From assembly GCA_964430225.1 (NCBI GenBank), contig CAYSFE010000001.1:11820-75819 (forward strand): 64,000 nt of DNA, in the 5' to 3' direction. Of this stretch, positions 7,819 through 19,188 are shown in pieces (position 1 is the stretch's first letter; each line of letters starts with the position of its first letter). The position numbers were made by a program, and so were the translations under genes. This stretch comes from an uncultured Candidatus Saccharibacteria bacterium. GTDB taxonomy: Bacteria > Patescibacteriota > Dojkabacteria > GCA-016699595 > JBAXKR01. Under the pieces are notes generated by a model. That model did not search any database, had not been told where the DNA came from, and saw only the letters and a list, made by a program, of their open reading frames with translations.

Positions 7819-10265
7819 TGCTATACAGTCTATCTTTTTTAAAACAATATTTAAAAGACTTCTCACTTGAAAGTAAGGGGATTAGAGATCTTTTAACATA
7901 TTCACTCGCAGAAGTTGAAAACGTTACCGAATTAAGATCTGAATTAAACAATATTTTAGTAGGTGAAGTTCTTGATGTAAAAGATCATCCTAAATCAAAT
8001 AGACTACATATTGCTACAGTAGATGTCATTAAAGGAACTAATGATCCTTCCACTAATCTAGTCATAGTTTGTGGAGCACCTAATCTTAAAGTAGGTCAAA
8101 AAGTTGCTGTATGTTTACCTGGGGGATCAGTCATAAATGCTAAATATGACTCTGTGAAAGATAAAGAAAATATAATGAAGATAGAAAAGAGAGAAGTATT
8201 AGGGGAAATAAGTAATGGAATGATTTGTTCACCTAAAGAACTAGGTGTATCAGATGAACATGAAGGTATTTGGGTATTACCTGATGATAGTATTGTTGGA
8301 ACAAATTTAACAGATATCTTAAAAGATACAGTATTTGAAATAGAGAATAAAAGCTTTACTCATAGGCCTGATCTTTTTTCACATAGAGGAATTGCTCGTG
8401 AAATATCAGCAATAACTAATACTGAATTTGTAGATAAAGTAGATCCATCCCTTAGTTTAAAAGCAGAAGTTGCTCTTAATGTTAAATTAGATACTGAAAA
8501 CTGTAATAGATATACAGCTATAGTGATAAATAACGTGCAAGTTAAAGCATCTCCAGTCTGGTTACAAACAAGACTTCTAAATGTTGGAGTAAGACCAATA
8601 AACAATATTGTGGATATAACTAACTATGTGATGCTTGATCTTAATCAACCTCTTCATGCTTTTGATTTTGATAAACTAAACTCAAATACAATAATCGTTA
8701 GAGAAAGTTTACTAGGAGAGAAAGTCATAACCCTAGATAACAAACAAAGAACTATTCCTAAAGATTCATTGGTAATAACAAATGAAAAAGAAATTGTTGC
8801 TGTTGCTGGGGTCATGGGTGGTGCAAGTTCTGAGATAAGTGAAACTACTGGATCTATTCTTCTTGAATCAGCAAACTTTAGTAAAGATAACATCCGAGTT
8901 ACATCTCGTGAACTTGGACTTAGAACAGAAGCATCAAGTAGATATGAGAAAGGACTTGATCCTGAAATGACTCTTGAAGCACTAAAACATGCAGCTACCC
9001 TCATAACTGAACTAGCTGGTGGAGAAATAGTGAGTGAGATTGTAGATGTATACCCTAACAAAGATAGCATTAAAGTAATTGAACTAGATATGAATAAAAT
9101 AAAGAGATTCTTAGGAATCACTCTTAAGAAAGAAGAGGTTGTAGATATACTTAAGAGACTAAATATAAATACAGAACACTCTAAATTTGTAGCTACAGAA
9201 AATGTAAATCCATCCCTTAATAGTAGTTTTTTAAATGTCATAGTCCCTTCATATAGAAAAGACTTAAACATTGAAGCAGATATTCTAGAAGAGATAGCAA
9301 GGCTTTATGGATACGATAAATTTAAGCCAACATTACCAGAAAAGACAATAAAACCTGGCACAATAAACAAACTATCTAAAGTAGAGAGAATTGTAAAAAA
9401 TGAGCTACTAAATCTTCATTTCAATGAGATATATTCATACAGCTTCATTAGTTCAGACCTATGGAAGAGATGTAATTTAAATACAAAAGAACTAGTAAAG
9501 ATTACAAATGCCATATCTCCAGAACTAGAATATGTAAGAGATAGTCATATACCATCTCTATTAGAAAAACTTGAATTAAACTCAGTAGAAAATGATTCAC
9601 TTTCGTTCTATGAGTTCTCAAGAATAGTGTTTAAAGAAAAAACTACTGAGAATATACCATTTCAACCATGGTCACTAGGTATAGCAGTGATGAAAAAAGA
9701 CTCTTTAATAGAGCTTAATAGAGCAATTGACCTAATTATGAGTAAACTCCAAGTCGAATACAATATATTGAATATAAAGGAGAGTAAGAATAAGGGATTG
9801 GTAAATGTAAAAGAACTCACTCATCCTAAAGCTAGTGGAATAATAGAAACTAATGAAGGTAAATACCTTGGATATGTTTCAAAGCTTTCTCCAGAAGTAG
9901 CTAGAAATTTTAAACTAAGCACTAATGATGTATCAATAGCCGAAATAAATATAGAAAATATTTTAAATGAATATTTAGGAGATAAAGTAGGGTATACACC
10001 ACTAAATATTTATCAAGAAAACAGAAGAGATATATCTTTAAATATAGAAGGGGAAATTGAATCAAGTAAGATAATAAACAAAGTACTTGAAAGTAAAATA
10101 GAATATGTAAAAGATATATTTGTAATCGATAGCTATGAAAAGAATCTTACATTAAGAGTAATAATAACTTCGGATAGTAAGACATTATCAGAAAATGAAA
10201 TAAAGTTAACTCTTGATAAAGTAATAAAAGTAATTAAGGAAACATTTAAGGTAGAAGTGAGATAA
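7818..10265 (+). CDS. pheT: phenylalanyl-tRNA synthetase beta subunit
   Basis: 815 aa. N-terminal tRNA-binding domain; B3/B4 and B5 regions ('VMGGASSEISETT', 'RYEKGLDPE'). Overlaps the pheS stop. Confidence 0.9.
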   Translation: MLYSLSFLKQYLKDFSLESKGIRDLLTYSLAEVENVTELRSELNNILVGEVLDVKDHPKSNRLHIATVDVIKGTNDPSTNLVIVCGAPNLKVGQKVAVCLPGGSVINAKYDSVKDKENIMKIEKREVLGEISNGMICSPKELGVSDEHEGIWVLPDDSIVGTNLTDILKDTVFEIENKSFTHRPDLFSHRGIAREISAITNTEFVDKVDPSLSLKAEVALNVKLDTENCNRYTAIVINNVQVKASPVWLQTRLLNVGVRPINNIVDITNYVMLDLNQPLHAFDFDKLNSNTIIVRESLLGEKVITLDNKQRTIPKDSLVITNEKEIVAVAGVMGGASSEISETTGSILLESANFSKDNIRVTSRELGLRTEASSRYEKGLDPEMTLEALKHAATLITELAGGEIVSEIVDVYPNKDSIKVIELDMNKIKRFLGITLKKEEVVDILKRLNINTEHSKFVATENVNPSLNSSFLNVIVPSYRKDLNIEADILEEIARLYGYDKFKPTLPEKTIKPGTINKLSKVERIVKNELLNLHFNEIYSYSFISSDLWKRCNLNTKELVKITNAISPELEYVRDSHIPSLLEKLELNSVENDSLSFYEFSRIVFKEKTTENIPFQPWSLGIAVMKKDSLIELNRAIDLIMSKLQVEYNILNIKESKNKGLVNVKELTHPKASGIIETNEGKYLGYVSKLSPEVARNFKLSTNDVSIAEINIENILNEYLGDKVGYTPLNIYQENRRDISLNIEGEIESSKIINKVLESKIEYVKDIFVIDSYEKNLTLRVIITSDSKTLSENEIKLTLDKVIKVIKETFKVEVR

Positions 10266-10312
10266 TAAAGGAATTTCTTGACCTAAGACTTAAAATGTTT
10301 TAGGTTAACTAC

Positions 10313-10858
10313 ATGTCAAACACAGAAGTTCAATTACCACTTGAGGTGGTCCCAACAGAACCTATTAGAGATAAAAGAATAGATTGTAGACATTTTGGAT
10401 GGATAAAACCTGAGGCAAATGGTTTTTTTGAACTTAGTTTTGTTTTACTTAAATTACCCGAGGGTACAACATCAAAATCAGGAGTAAGAAAAGTTCTAAT
10501 AGGTAGTTTTGTAAGTGAAAAGTTAGCAGAAGTTACTGATAAGTATATTGATAAACGTGCTTCTGCAGTTGCAAATAGAACTTTAATGGAAGCTGCAATA
10601 ATATTTCTAAATAATGAACAGACTCTACTTCATGCATTAAAAGAACCCTTATCTAATATTAAAATCTTTTATACTGACGCAGGAACGGATGCCAGAATTG
10701 TATTTGCTAGGCTTTCTGATTTTGTAGATCCCCAAACTCATGATAGAATACCTCGTATAGTTAAGGTAGGGATCATTCCAACTAATAAAGAGAGGTTATT
10801 ATTTAAAATCTTTTGCGGAGAGAATTCTAAAACTGCAGATTACCGTGCAGATAAATAA
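10313..10858 (+). CDS. hypothetical protein
   Basis: ORF only. Confidence 0.4.
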   Translation: MSNTEVQLPLEVVPTEPIRDKRIDCRHFGWIKPEANGFFELSFVLLKLPEGTTSKSGVRKVLIGSFVSEKLAEVTDKYIDKRASAVANRTLMEAAIIFLNNEQTLLHALKEPLSNIKIFYTDAGTDARIVFARLSDFVDPQTHDRIPRIVKVGIIPTNKERLLFKIFCGENSKTADYRADK

Positions 10859-10866
10859 ATAAAGAT

Positions 10867-11130
10867 ATGACTGAAATAAACAACAATTTAATCGGTACAT
10901 ATAAAATTGAGAGTGATTCTATGAATAATGATGCTATTGCGACATTCATAGATTATGAGGAATTACCAGATGAAAAAGTATTAGAACTTAAAAGTAGAGC
11001 TAGAAATGTAAAAGAAGCAGTATTATATCAGGCTACTGCAAAATTTTTAGCATTAACTCAAGATCCAGAAGGTTTATGGGTATTAGCAGATGAAATAGAA
11101 AGGATTTCGCTTCCTCAACCTAAATTTTAA
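10867..11130 (+). CDS. hypothetical small acidic protein
   Basis: ORF only. Confidence 0.35.
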   Translation: MTEINNNLIGTYKIESDSMNNDAIATFIDYEELPDEKVLELKSRARNVKEAVLYQATAKFLALTQDPEGLWVLADEIERISLPQPKF

Positions 11131-14100
11131 GCTCCTACTGTAACTGACTGAGTATCACTTAATCCTCCAGTTCCTGTAACTGATATATTTAGATTTCCAT
11201 TGTTCATAGTACCCGCAGGTATTGTATAAGTGTATGTATCTCCTACTAGTAATAGTGTATGACTTCCACTTAATGCAGGACCACTAAAAGTAAGGTTTAT
11301 TGTTGCTGGGGCTGCTGCTGTTCCTGTGTATTTTACTATTACTGTATTAACTGCTGCTTTTGAAATACTTCCCGTTGGTGCCGTTATATTTATAGCTGCA
11401 GGTACTATTGTTGGAGCAGCTTCTAAGACTATTCCTACACTCTCAGATCCAACTCTTCCAGATGTATCTCTTGCTGATATTGTTAATGTCTTATTCCCGT
11501 ATCCATAGCTATTATCAAGAGTTACTGTAACATCTTGTGTAGCTTCATTATTTGTAAGAGGAATAGCCACACCACCTAAAAATACTTGTACTTGATTAAT
11601 TGTCCCTATTGCAGGTAGGGAACTAAATGCAATTCTAAGAGTTCTAGATGTTGCTGAATATGGAACTACATGACCTGCAGTTGGAGCTGATATTGATACA
11701 GTAGGAACAGTAGTTACAGTGTTATAGTCGGTATCACAATCAGGTAAGACTGCCTTTTGTCCTGTGATCTTATCAAAGAATGATTGATGTAAGGGTTTAT
11801 TACCTACTTTAATATATTTTACATATGCATCTACTGCATATCCATTAGCTCTATCAATATCTCTTGCCATCATATTCTTAGATACTGCATTTGGTCTACT
11901 TGCTGGTAAATCTGTACATACATTTTTAAGAGTAAAACTATCATCTGCTATTGGTAATTTTCCATCTATGAATTTTTCAGATGTAGTAGCTCCACATTGA
12001 GGAGTTGCTAGTTTACCAGATATTAGACAAACACTAGCTTCTACAATCCCTGCAGGTCTTGTAAAAGGAGTTTTAGGGTATCTTGGAAGAACACGTTTCA
12101 TATAGTTCATCCAAAGTGGTTGAGCTGTATTAGATCCATATGCCAAAGCTCCATTTGCACTTCTTTTTGTTGATGCATTATTATTATTTCCAATCCAAAT
12201 ACCAGTAACTACTTCAGGAGTATATCCTACAAAATACATATCTTTATTATCATTACTTGTTCCAGTTTTACCAGCTGCTGGATATCCATTTACACCTTTT
12301 ACTAAGTTATTGTTATAGTTATATATCATGTCAGTCATAAGATATGTTGCTCTTTCATCAACAACTTGTTTTCCTCCATCTGGTTTATATTCCCATACTA
12401 CTTTTCCATCTCTATCTAATATTTTTAATATCGGTTGGAGTGGATTATATTTTCCTTTGTTAGCTAACACTGCAAAAGCATTAAAATGTTCAGCAGGTTT
12501 AACTTCAATAGCACCAAGCATTGCAGCTATTCCAACATCTTTTCTTGTTTTAAATGCTGATAATCCTAGTTTTTGATACATCTGTACCATGAGATCAACT
12601 CCCATCATATCTGCTGCAACAATAGCTGGTCTATTCTTTGATTCTCTAAGCATATTTCTCAAAAAGTTTCTTTGACTTCCCTCTACATATGCAACTTCAG
12701 ATCCCTCAGCATTCTGAGGCTCGTATGTTCCAAATTTAACAGGCATATCTGGTAAGAATGTAGATGTAGTAAGAAGACCTGATTCAATTCCTGCAATATA
12801 TGTCAAAGGTTTGTTTGATGATCCAGTTTGTTGGGGTGTGATTAAAACATTGACCTTAGGATCAAATCTTGCAGTGTTTTTGTATTTTGAATCTTTCTCA
12901 TCTATTGATTCTTTTTCTCCAAACCAATCTTTAGATCCTTGCATAACTAGTATCTCTCCATTTTTAGGATCTATTGTCATCATAGCTCCATTATATGCTG
13001 CAAATTGTTTCTTCATTCCACTATCTGAGTCAATCCATTTCTTAAGCTCTTCTTCTGCAATAGCTTGCAAATCAAGATCAAGAGTTGTGTATACCTTGTA
13101 TCCACCAGTTCTAATCTCTTCTTCAGTTAATGCTTTTCCATCTATTTGGAATTCTCCAGAGGTTAAATAGTCCTCAGCATAGAACACAAAGTGAGGAGCT
13201 TTAATATCAATATTATTTGCTCTAAATTTAGTTACATCAGTTTTAGCGGCAGTTATTGTTTCCTTTGTTACAATTTCACCTTTTATATTTACTTTATCTA
13301 AATGTTTAGAATACTGAGCAAGAACATAGTATTGTCTACATTTATATGGGGCTACTTTACGTATTTCATTACCGCTACTATCTTTGTATCTTGGAAGTTG
13401 TCCTTCTACATCAGGTTCTTTAATAGCCTCTGATTCAGAAGCTTCTTCTCCAGAATCTACTTTACAAAAGACTTCTTTTGTAGCTTTGTATGGGTAATAT
13501 TTAGCAGGATAATTAGGAATACCAGCTAATACACTTGCTTCCTCAAGAGTTAGATCTTTTACATCTTTTCCAAAATATCTTGAAGCAGCAGTTTTAAGTC
13601 CATATATATTACTTCCAAAGTTTACTTCATTTAAGTAAAAAAGGAGTATGTCATCTTTAGAATAGTTCTGTTCCATTCTAAGACTCATTATGATCTCTTG
13701 AATCTTTCTTTCTTCTTTAGTTAAAGTTTTTCCTTGTTTCTCATACTCAGCTTGAAGTTGCTCAAAGTATGTATTTTTTAAAACTTGTTGTGATATTGTA
13801 GATCCACCACATTTACGGGCTCTTGAAAAATTACCTATAGCACATCTAGCTATCGCTACAATATCTACCCCTTTATGATCGTAATATTCAGCGTCTTCAG
13901 AAAGGATAAATGCCCATTTAACCATATCTGGCACATCACTAATATTTCCAATATTTTCTCTAACTTCTTTTCCAGATACTTTGTATAGTTCTTTACCATT
14001 TCTATCATAGAACACGCTATATTGATCTTGTTTTCTTTCAAACACTTCTGATGGATTTGGGATAAGGGAGCTATAGTGGGCGACTACTGCCAGTCCTCCA

Positions 14101-14294
14101 ATACTACCAACTATTAAAAGAAGAAAAAAGAAAACAAGAAGTACTCCTACAAGTTTCTTTAGTTTTCCTTTAAGACCTTTCTTTCCTTTCTTGTTCTTAC
14201 TCCATGTCTTAGGATCAATTTTTTCTTTCTGAATCTTTGAATATCTAGAAAGTTTGTTTTCTTTTTTCAAACCGAATTTAAATGCCATAGACAA
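11127..14294 (-). CDS. class A penicillin-binding protein (glycosyltransferase GT51 + transpeptidase) with long Thr/Gly/Ser-rich C-terminal extension
   Basis: Basic tail and one TM at the N-terminus. GT51 motifs 'EDAEYYDHKGVD', 'GGSTISQQ'. Transpeptidase motifs 'SSNKP' (SxxK), 'SRN', 'KTGTS'. About 300 aa of repetitive beta-rich C-terminus. Confidence 0.85.
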   Translation of the reverse strand: MSMAFKFGLKKENKLSRYSKIQKEKIDPKTWSKNKKGKKGLKGKLKKLVGVLLVFFFLLLIVGSIGGLAVVAHYSSLIPNPSEVFERKQDQYSVFYDRNGKELYKVSGKEVRENIGNISDVPDMVKWAFILSEDAEYYDHKGVDIVAIARCAIGNFSRARKCGGSTISQQVLKNTYFEQLQAEYEKQGKTLTKEERKIQEIIMSLRMEQNYSKDDILLFYLNEVNFGSNIYGLKTAASRYFGKDVKDLTLEEASVLAGIPNYPAKYYPYKATKEVFCKVDSGEEASESEAIKEPDVEGQLPRYKDSSGNEIRKVAPYKCRQYYVLAQYSKHLDKVNIKGEIVTKETITAAKTDVTKFRANNIDIKAPHFVFYAEDYLTSGEFQIDGKALTEEEIRTGGYKVYTTLDLDLQAIAEEELKKWIDSDSGMKKQFAAYNGAMMTIDPKNGEILVMQGSKDWFGEKESIDEKDSKYKNTARFDPKVNVLITPQQTGSSNKPLTYIAGIESGLLTTSTFLPDMPVKFGTYEPQNAEGSEVAYVEGSQRNFLRNMLRESKNRPAIVAADMMGVDLMVQMYQKLGLSAFKTRKDVGIAAMLGAIEVKPAEHFNAFAVLANKGKYNPLQPILKILDRDGKVVWEYKPDGGKQVVDERATYLMTDMIYNYNNNLVKGVNGYPAAGKTGTSNDNKDMYFVGYTPEVVTGIWIGNNNNASTKRSANGALAYGSNTAQPLWMNYMKRVLPRYPKTPFTRPAGIVEASVCLISGKLATPQCGATTSEKFIDGKLPIADDSFTLKNVCTDLPASRPNAVSKNMMARDIDRANGYAVDAYVKYIKVGNKPLHQSFFDKITGQKAVLPDCDTDYNTVTTVPTVSISAPTAGHVVPYSATSRTLRIAFSSLPAIGTINQVQVFLGGVAIPLTNNEATQDVTVTLDNSYGYGNKTLTISARDTSGRVGSESVGIVLEAAPTIVPAAINITAPTGSISKAAVNTVIVKYTGTAAAPATINLTFSGPALSGSHTLLLVGDTYTYTIPAGTMNNGNLNISVTGTGGLSDTQSVTVGA

Positions 14295-14494
14295 AAATAT
14301 GTATATACAATTCTAACTAAATATTTACTAAAAAGTAACTACTATTTAGCGTTAGATGAAAAGAATATGGAGAGAATAACTAAAAGAAATGCGGCAATTA
14401 CAACAACAGAGAAGAGATAAGGGTAAAGTTTTTTCATAGAGTCATTTTTATTAAGATTAAGTGTGATTCTATACCTAAGCTATATATATTTCAA

Positions 14495-16837
14495 TTACTT
14501 TCTTTTTCTACCTCTAAATATTCCCTTAGGTCTATTAAATACTTCTAGCGCTTCTTTAAGCTCAATATTTAAGAAATCATATGATTTAGGAATAGATCTA
14601 AACTTTGAATCTATTAAAATATATGGACCAAATCTACCAATACCCACTTTAACTTCATTTCCCATTTTATCTACTCCTAATGTTTTAGGTAGTTCTAGAA
14701 GTTTAAGTGCTAGTTTAAGATCCATACTATCAAGAGGAATTGTAGGAGGTATTGAAGTCATTTTAGACTTTTGTTCAGTACCAAGTTTTACATATGGACC
14801 ATATCTTCCTACAAGCATAAATACTTCAAGTCCTGATACTGGATCTTTACCAAGTGGCATATTAGCTTTCTTCTTAGCTTCAATAATCTCAGCTAAGTTT
14901 TCCATATTAAGATCTGCAGGCATTACATTCTGATCAAGTGATACTTTAACACTATCTCCCTTATCATCTTTTTGATCTGTTTCAATATATGCTCCATATC
15001 TTCCTACTCTCACGTCAAATTTAAATCCAGGTAGTTTAACAGTACACATTTCTTTAGCATCAATAACTCCAAGGTTCTTTTCTACCATTGCTGCTATTCC
15101 TTTAGATCCTTCGTAAAACTTTCTAAGATATGGAAGGTATTCAATTTCATTTGTTTCTATCTTATCTAAGCTCTCTTCCATATTAGCTGTAAAGTTTAGA
15201 TCCACATATTCAGAGAAATATTTTTCAAGTAGAGTTGTGACAGCAAATGCTGTAAATGTAGGAATGAGTTGATTAGATTTTTTAAATACATATCCTCTAT
15301 CTACAATAGTTGAAATGATAGATGCGTATGTACTAGGTCTTCCAATTCCTTCAGCTTCCAATTTCTTAACCAGAGTTGCGTCAGTATATCTTGAAGGTGG
15401 TTTAGTCTCATGAGATTTACCCTCTAGAGACTTTAAATCTAATACTTGTCCAACTTTAAGTTCAGGTAATATCTTCTCACTATCATCAAGAGATTCATCT
15501 GGATTATCTGATCCTTCAACATACGCTCGTAAGAATCCAGCAAATAGTATTCTTCTACCCGAAGCTTTAAAGATAAACTCTTCACCTTTAGAAGTTGTTT
15601 TAATAGAAAGATTTACTACTTTCACACTAGCATCTTTCATTTGAGTAGCCATTGCACGTTTCCAAATAAGGTCATAGAGTTTATGTTGTTCTCCACTTAA
15701 ACCTAATTCATCAGCTGATTTCATTTCAGTACCTGCAGGACGTATTGCTTCATGTGCTTCTTGTGCACCTTTCTTCTTTCCAAACATACGTACTGATTCA
15801 TATACAAATTCTTTTCCATATCTAGTCTCAACAGATTTTCTAATTGCTGATACTGCTTGAGAAGAGAGGTTATATGAGTCTGTTCTCATGTATGTTATTA
15901 ATCCAGCTTCATATAGTTTCTGAGCAATTTGCATTGTCTGTTTAGCAGAATATCCAAATTTTCTATTCGCTTCTATTTGTAAAGAAGAAGTAATGAAAGG
16001 ACCATATGGATATCTTGCTTGGACAGATTCTTTAATATCAGATACAATATATTCAGACTTTTCTAATCTCTTTTTAAGTTCTTCTGCTTTCTTTTCATCT
16101 ATTAATATTGCCTTTGATCCTTCTTTAAGATTTCCTGTACTTTCATCAAAACTTGTTCCAGTAGCTATCTTACTATCATTTATCTGATCAAGTGTAGCTT
16201 CAAATGTTTTAAAGTTAGCTAGTAAATCCCAATAAAGAGATTTTTTGAATAGCCTTCTTTCTTTTTCCCTATTTACAATTAATCTAACAGCAACACTTTG
16301 AACTCTACCTGCTGATAATCCTACAGCAATCTTTTTCCATAAAAGAGGGGATAGGGTATATCCAAACAGTCTATCTATGACCCTTCTAGTTTCTTGAGCA
16401 TTTACAATATTTTGATCTACTTTACGAGGATTCTTTAGAGCTTCAGTAATAGCTTCTTTAGTTATTTCATGAAATACCATACGTTTAACTGGTACTTTGG
16501 GTTTTAATACTTCTTTTAAATGCCAAGATATGGATTCTCCTTCTCGGTCTTCGTCAGTTGCGAGGATCAGTTCATCAGATTTCTCTAGTAAACTCTCAAG
16601 TTCTTTAAGTATCTTTTTCTTCTCTTGAGGGATTACATATATTGGTTCATAGTCCTTTTCTACATTCACTCCTAATGTTGCCCACTTATGCTTCTTATAC
16701 TTAGCAGGTATCTCTGTAGCAGACCTTGGAAGATCACGAATATGCCCTTGGGATGCTTTAACTACATACCCATCAGGTAGAAACTTAGATATTGTTTTTG
16801 CTTTAGTAGGTGATTCTACTATGACTAACTTTTTCAT
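14495..16837 (-). CDS. topA: DNA topoisomerase I
   Basis: Toprim 'MKKLVIVESPTKAKTI'; 'ATDEDREGESISWH'; active-site region 'ITYMRTDS'; C-terminal 'GRYGPYV'/'GRFGPYI' repeats. Confidence 0.9.
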   Translation of the reverse strand: MKKLVIVESPTKAKTISKFLPDGYVVKASQGHIRDLPRSATEIPAKYKKHKWATLGVNVEKDYEPIYVIPQEKKKILKELESLLEKSDELILATDEDREGESISWHLKEVLKPKVPVKRMVFHEITKEAITEALKNPRKVDQNIVNAQETRRVIDRLFGYTLSPLLWKKIAVGLSAGRVQSVAVRLIVNREKERRLFKKSLYWDLLANFKTFEATLDQINDSKIATGTSFDESTGNLKEGSKAILIDEKKAEELKKRLEKSEYIVSDIKESVQARYPYGPFITSSLQIEANRKFGYSAKQTMQIAQKLYEAGLITYMRTDSYNLSSQAVSAIRKSVETRYGKEFVYESVRMFGKKKGAQEAHEAIRPAGTEMKSADELGLSGEQHKLYDLIWKRAMATQMKDASVKVVNLSIKTTSKGEEFIFKASGRRILFAGFLRAYVEGSDNPDESLDDSEKILPELKVGQVLDLKSLEGKSHETKPPSRYTDATLVKKLEAEGIGRPSTYASIISTIVDRGYVFKKSNQLIPTFTAFAVTTLLEKYFSEYVDLNFTANMEESLDKIETNEIEYLPYLRKFYEGSKGIAAMVEKNLGVIDAKEMCTVKLPGFKFDVRVGRYGAYIETDQKDDKGDSVKVSLDQNVMPADLNMENLAEIIEAKKKANMPLGKDPVSGLEVFMLVGRYGPYVKLGTEQKSKMTSIPPTIPLDSMDLKLALKLLELPKTLGVDKMGNEVKVGIGRFGPYILIDSKFRSIPKSYDFLNIELKEALEVFNRPKGIFRGRKRK

Positions 16838-16926
16838 AAAACAAACACACTATACCATAAACAAGTAATGAGGGATTATACACATAGATATGTAAAGGAT
16901 GCAAAAGAAGAGATCCTTTTGTTATT

Positions 16927-17940
16927 TTAAGCTTCTTCTAGAGATACTCCTAAATGTTGTGCAAATAACTTCTTTATTTCCATATTTACTTTCATAACAT
17001 CACCTGCCAGTTTATCATATCGAGCGGTCATAGCATTATAACTGTCATAAACTTGTCCACGTCCTAAATAAAGATTTGCATCACCATAAGGAATTAATAG
17101 AGGTTGTGCGCGTAATCTAAGAACTCTACGACTATTCATTGGTAATCTGTCATCAGCTGAACCATATACAATATACCCTTTCACATTATTTGGTCCAGTG
17201 ACTCCTCTAAACTCCTTAAACATTATTTCCCGATTATCTCCTTCATCAGTCATATATGCAACTGCCTGTCCAGGATTTAAATGAGTAATATTGATTGGTT
17301 TACAGTCACCTAGAATACTAGAGATTATAAGCCCTTCAATGCCTACATATGCATCTTCTGCTTTTTCTAAAGTCCAATGATTTACTTCTATTTCACGATG
17401 ATCCCTAATTCTAGAAAACACAGTTGGACTTTTAAAGAAACCACGTAATTTTAAAAGCTTTGCTTCTTGTATTTCTATTTCTTGAGGAGTTAATGTTCTT
17501 TTTAACCCTTGAAGTAAATTAGGATTAAGTTCTAGTTTATTATTAACTAATTTACCTAACACACTTATAGGAATATAAGCATTTATATTTTCACTAATAG
17601 GAACCTCTGTGCCATCAAGCAATACAATTGTAAACGCTAGAGGATTTTTATCTTTAAGACAGTGTACATCTTTGATTCTTCCAACACTTAACCCTTTCAA
17701 CTGAATTCTTTCTTCGGCACCAAGACTCCTTAAAGTGATTCTATCTAAATCGGAAACACTCATAACAGTATCACCTTCTACAGGTTTGTAATTAAGTCCA
17801 TGAACAGTTGGATATGGAAGTAAGTCTTTTAATGTTACAAGTGGTTTTTCAGACATTCTAACTCCCCCTATTGCTTCTCTAACAACTTCAACAAAAAATG
17901 GATTTGTTAATCTTCCCAATTCCGAAGAGTCTATTAACAT
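16927..17940 (-). CDS. hypothetical protein
   Basis: 337-aa ORF with no confident motif. Confidence 0.45.
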   Translation of the reverse strand: MLIDSSELGRLTNPFFVEVVREAIGGVRMSEKPLVTLKDLLPYPTVHGLNYKPVEGDTVMSVSDLDRITLRSLGAEERIQLKGLSVGRIKDVHCLKDKNPLAFTIVLLDGTEVPISENINAYIPISVLGKLVNNKLELNPNLLQGLKRTLTPQEIEIQEAKLLKLRGFFKSPTVFSRIRDHREIEVNHWTLEKAEDAYVGIEGLIISSILGDCKPINITHLNPGQAVAYMTDEGDNREIMFKEFRGVTGPNNVKGYIVYGSADDRLPMNSRRVLRLRAQPLLIPYGDANLYLGRGQVYDSYNAMTARYDKLAGDVMKVNMEIKKLFAQHLGVSLEEA

Positions 17941-18066
17941 ATTTATAAATATAATAAATATTTAAGCAGATGTGCGGATTATATCATAACCCAATCCTTA
18001 CTTACTAGAAGTCTATAATTACATTTCCCATATACTTCTATTATTCTAAAATAGTACAATTCCTAC

Positions 18067-19188
18067 ATGGTAAATGAACCAGGACAAACTGAAAGTAAAG
18101 GTATCCCACAAGTTTCAATAGAGACTAAAGAAGCATGTAAATCACTTGCAACTAAACTACATAATGCAATTAAGACCAAGTGTAAAGTAGCTATAGAAAT
18201 AAATATAGAGGAAGGAAAAGGATTTAAGGTTGAGATTCCCAATGGTATTAAAGAAGGAGTTAAGTGTGGAGTCATAATTACAGATAGATTTGGAAATGTA
18301 ATAGCTACTGGAGGTACAAAGGAAGAAATAAAGAGAAGAATAAATGGAGCATCAGCTACAAAAGTAATAATGTCATATATGATGTTAAAAGATCTATTTG
18401 AAAGAAAGCTCATAGATTTAAATGATTTGAATACAAAGCAATTACCTAGTCATAGTAGTAAAGTGAATGGGAATGAAATTGAAAGGGATATAAGTATAAA
18501 TGAATATTTACATGATATTCTTGGAGAATCTCAAAATGCACAAATAGCTGCTTTAAGAAAAATGTACGTTGAGCTTATGACTGGATTAGAAGGCACTTCA
18601 GAGAATCCAATGGATGATATTGAAAATAAGATTAATGATTACTTAGGAGTAAGTGATGAAGAAAATAAATATTTTCCAAGAACATCAACAATAGGAAAAT
18701 CAGATAAAGGACTAGGAAACACTGGACCTTTTGACGTATTACACGAATCATTTAGAAAAACAGTAGAGGAATGTAAGTCAGAAAGTTCTCCTCTTCCAGC
18801 TGAATTCAGAAATGCTTTCTTAGAAACATTAGCTCTACTTCCAATAGATCCTGCAAGAATGCCACATACATTTAAAAGACAAAATCCAGATAAATTAGTA
18901 GAAGGACATCATATAAGAGAAAAATCAGGATGGTATGCTGACCAAGGAGACGACAGAAATCTCACAAGCTCATTTTTAGAAGGATTAGTTAATGGAGAAT
19001 TAGTATATATTAGTTTTTATCATGAAGTAGAAGAGGTAACAAAATATAATGATCAAATAACAGTAAACAAACCTTCAGGTTTATTTACTGAGATTCAAAG
19101 AGAAAATCAACAAAAGAGATATTTAAGTATGGTAGGGGAGGCAATTAAACAAGTTTCAGAAGATCCAACTCTTTTACTATTTACCTAA
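18067..19188 (+). CDS. hypothetical protein
   Basis: 373-aa ORF, charged. Confidence 0.45.
   Translation: MVNEPGQTESKGIPQVSIETKEACKSLATKLHNAIKTKCKVAIEINIEEGKGFKVEIPNGIKEGVKCGVIITDRFGNVIATGGTKEEIKRRINGASATKVIMSYMMLKDLFERKLIDLNDLNTKQLPSHSSKVNGNEIERDISINEYLHDILGESQNAQIAALRKMYVELMTGLEGTSENPMDDIENKINDYLGVSDEENKYFPRTSTIGKSDKGLGNTGPFDVLHESFRKTVEECKSESSPLPAEFRNAFLETLALLPIDPARMPHTFKRQNPDKLVEGHHIREKSGWYADQGDDRNLTSSFLEGLVNGELVYISFYHEVEEVTKYNDQITVNKPSGLFTEIQRENQQKRYLSMVGEAIKQVSEDPTLLLFT

Noticed and set aside
8654-9271. 205-aa minus-strand ORF inside pheT, and similar antisense ORFs (1582-1767, 12811-13170, 14463-14933, 25503-26042, 19983-20219, 52612-52920, 60521-61066)
   Set aside because: Entirely nested antisense to well-supported genes, low-complexity and hydrophobic translations typical of shadow ORFs in AT-rich DNA.
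16927-17940. ClpP-like serine protease assignment for the 337-aa protein
   Set aside because: Only a vague resemblance in the C-terminal residues ('KVNMEIKKLFAQHLGVS'). No catalytic triad context recognisable. Kept as hypothetical.
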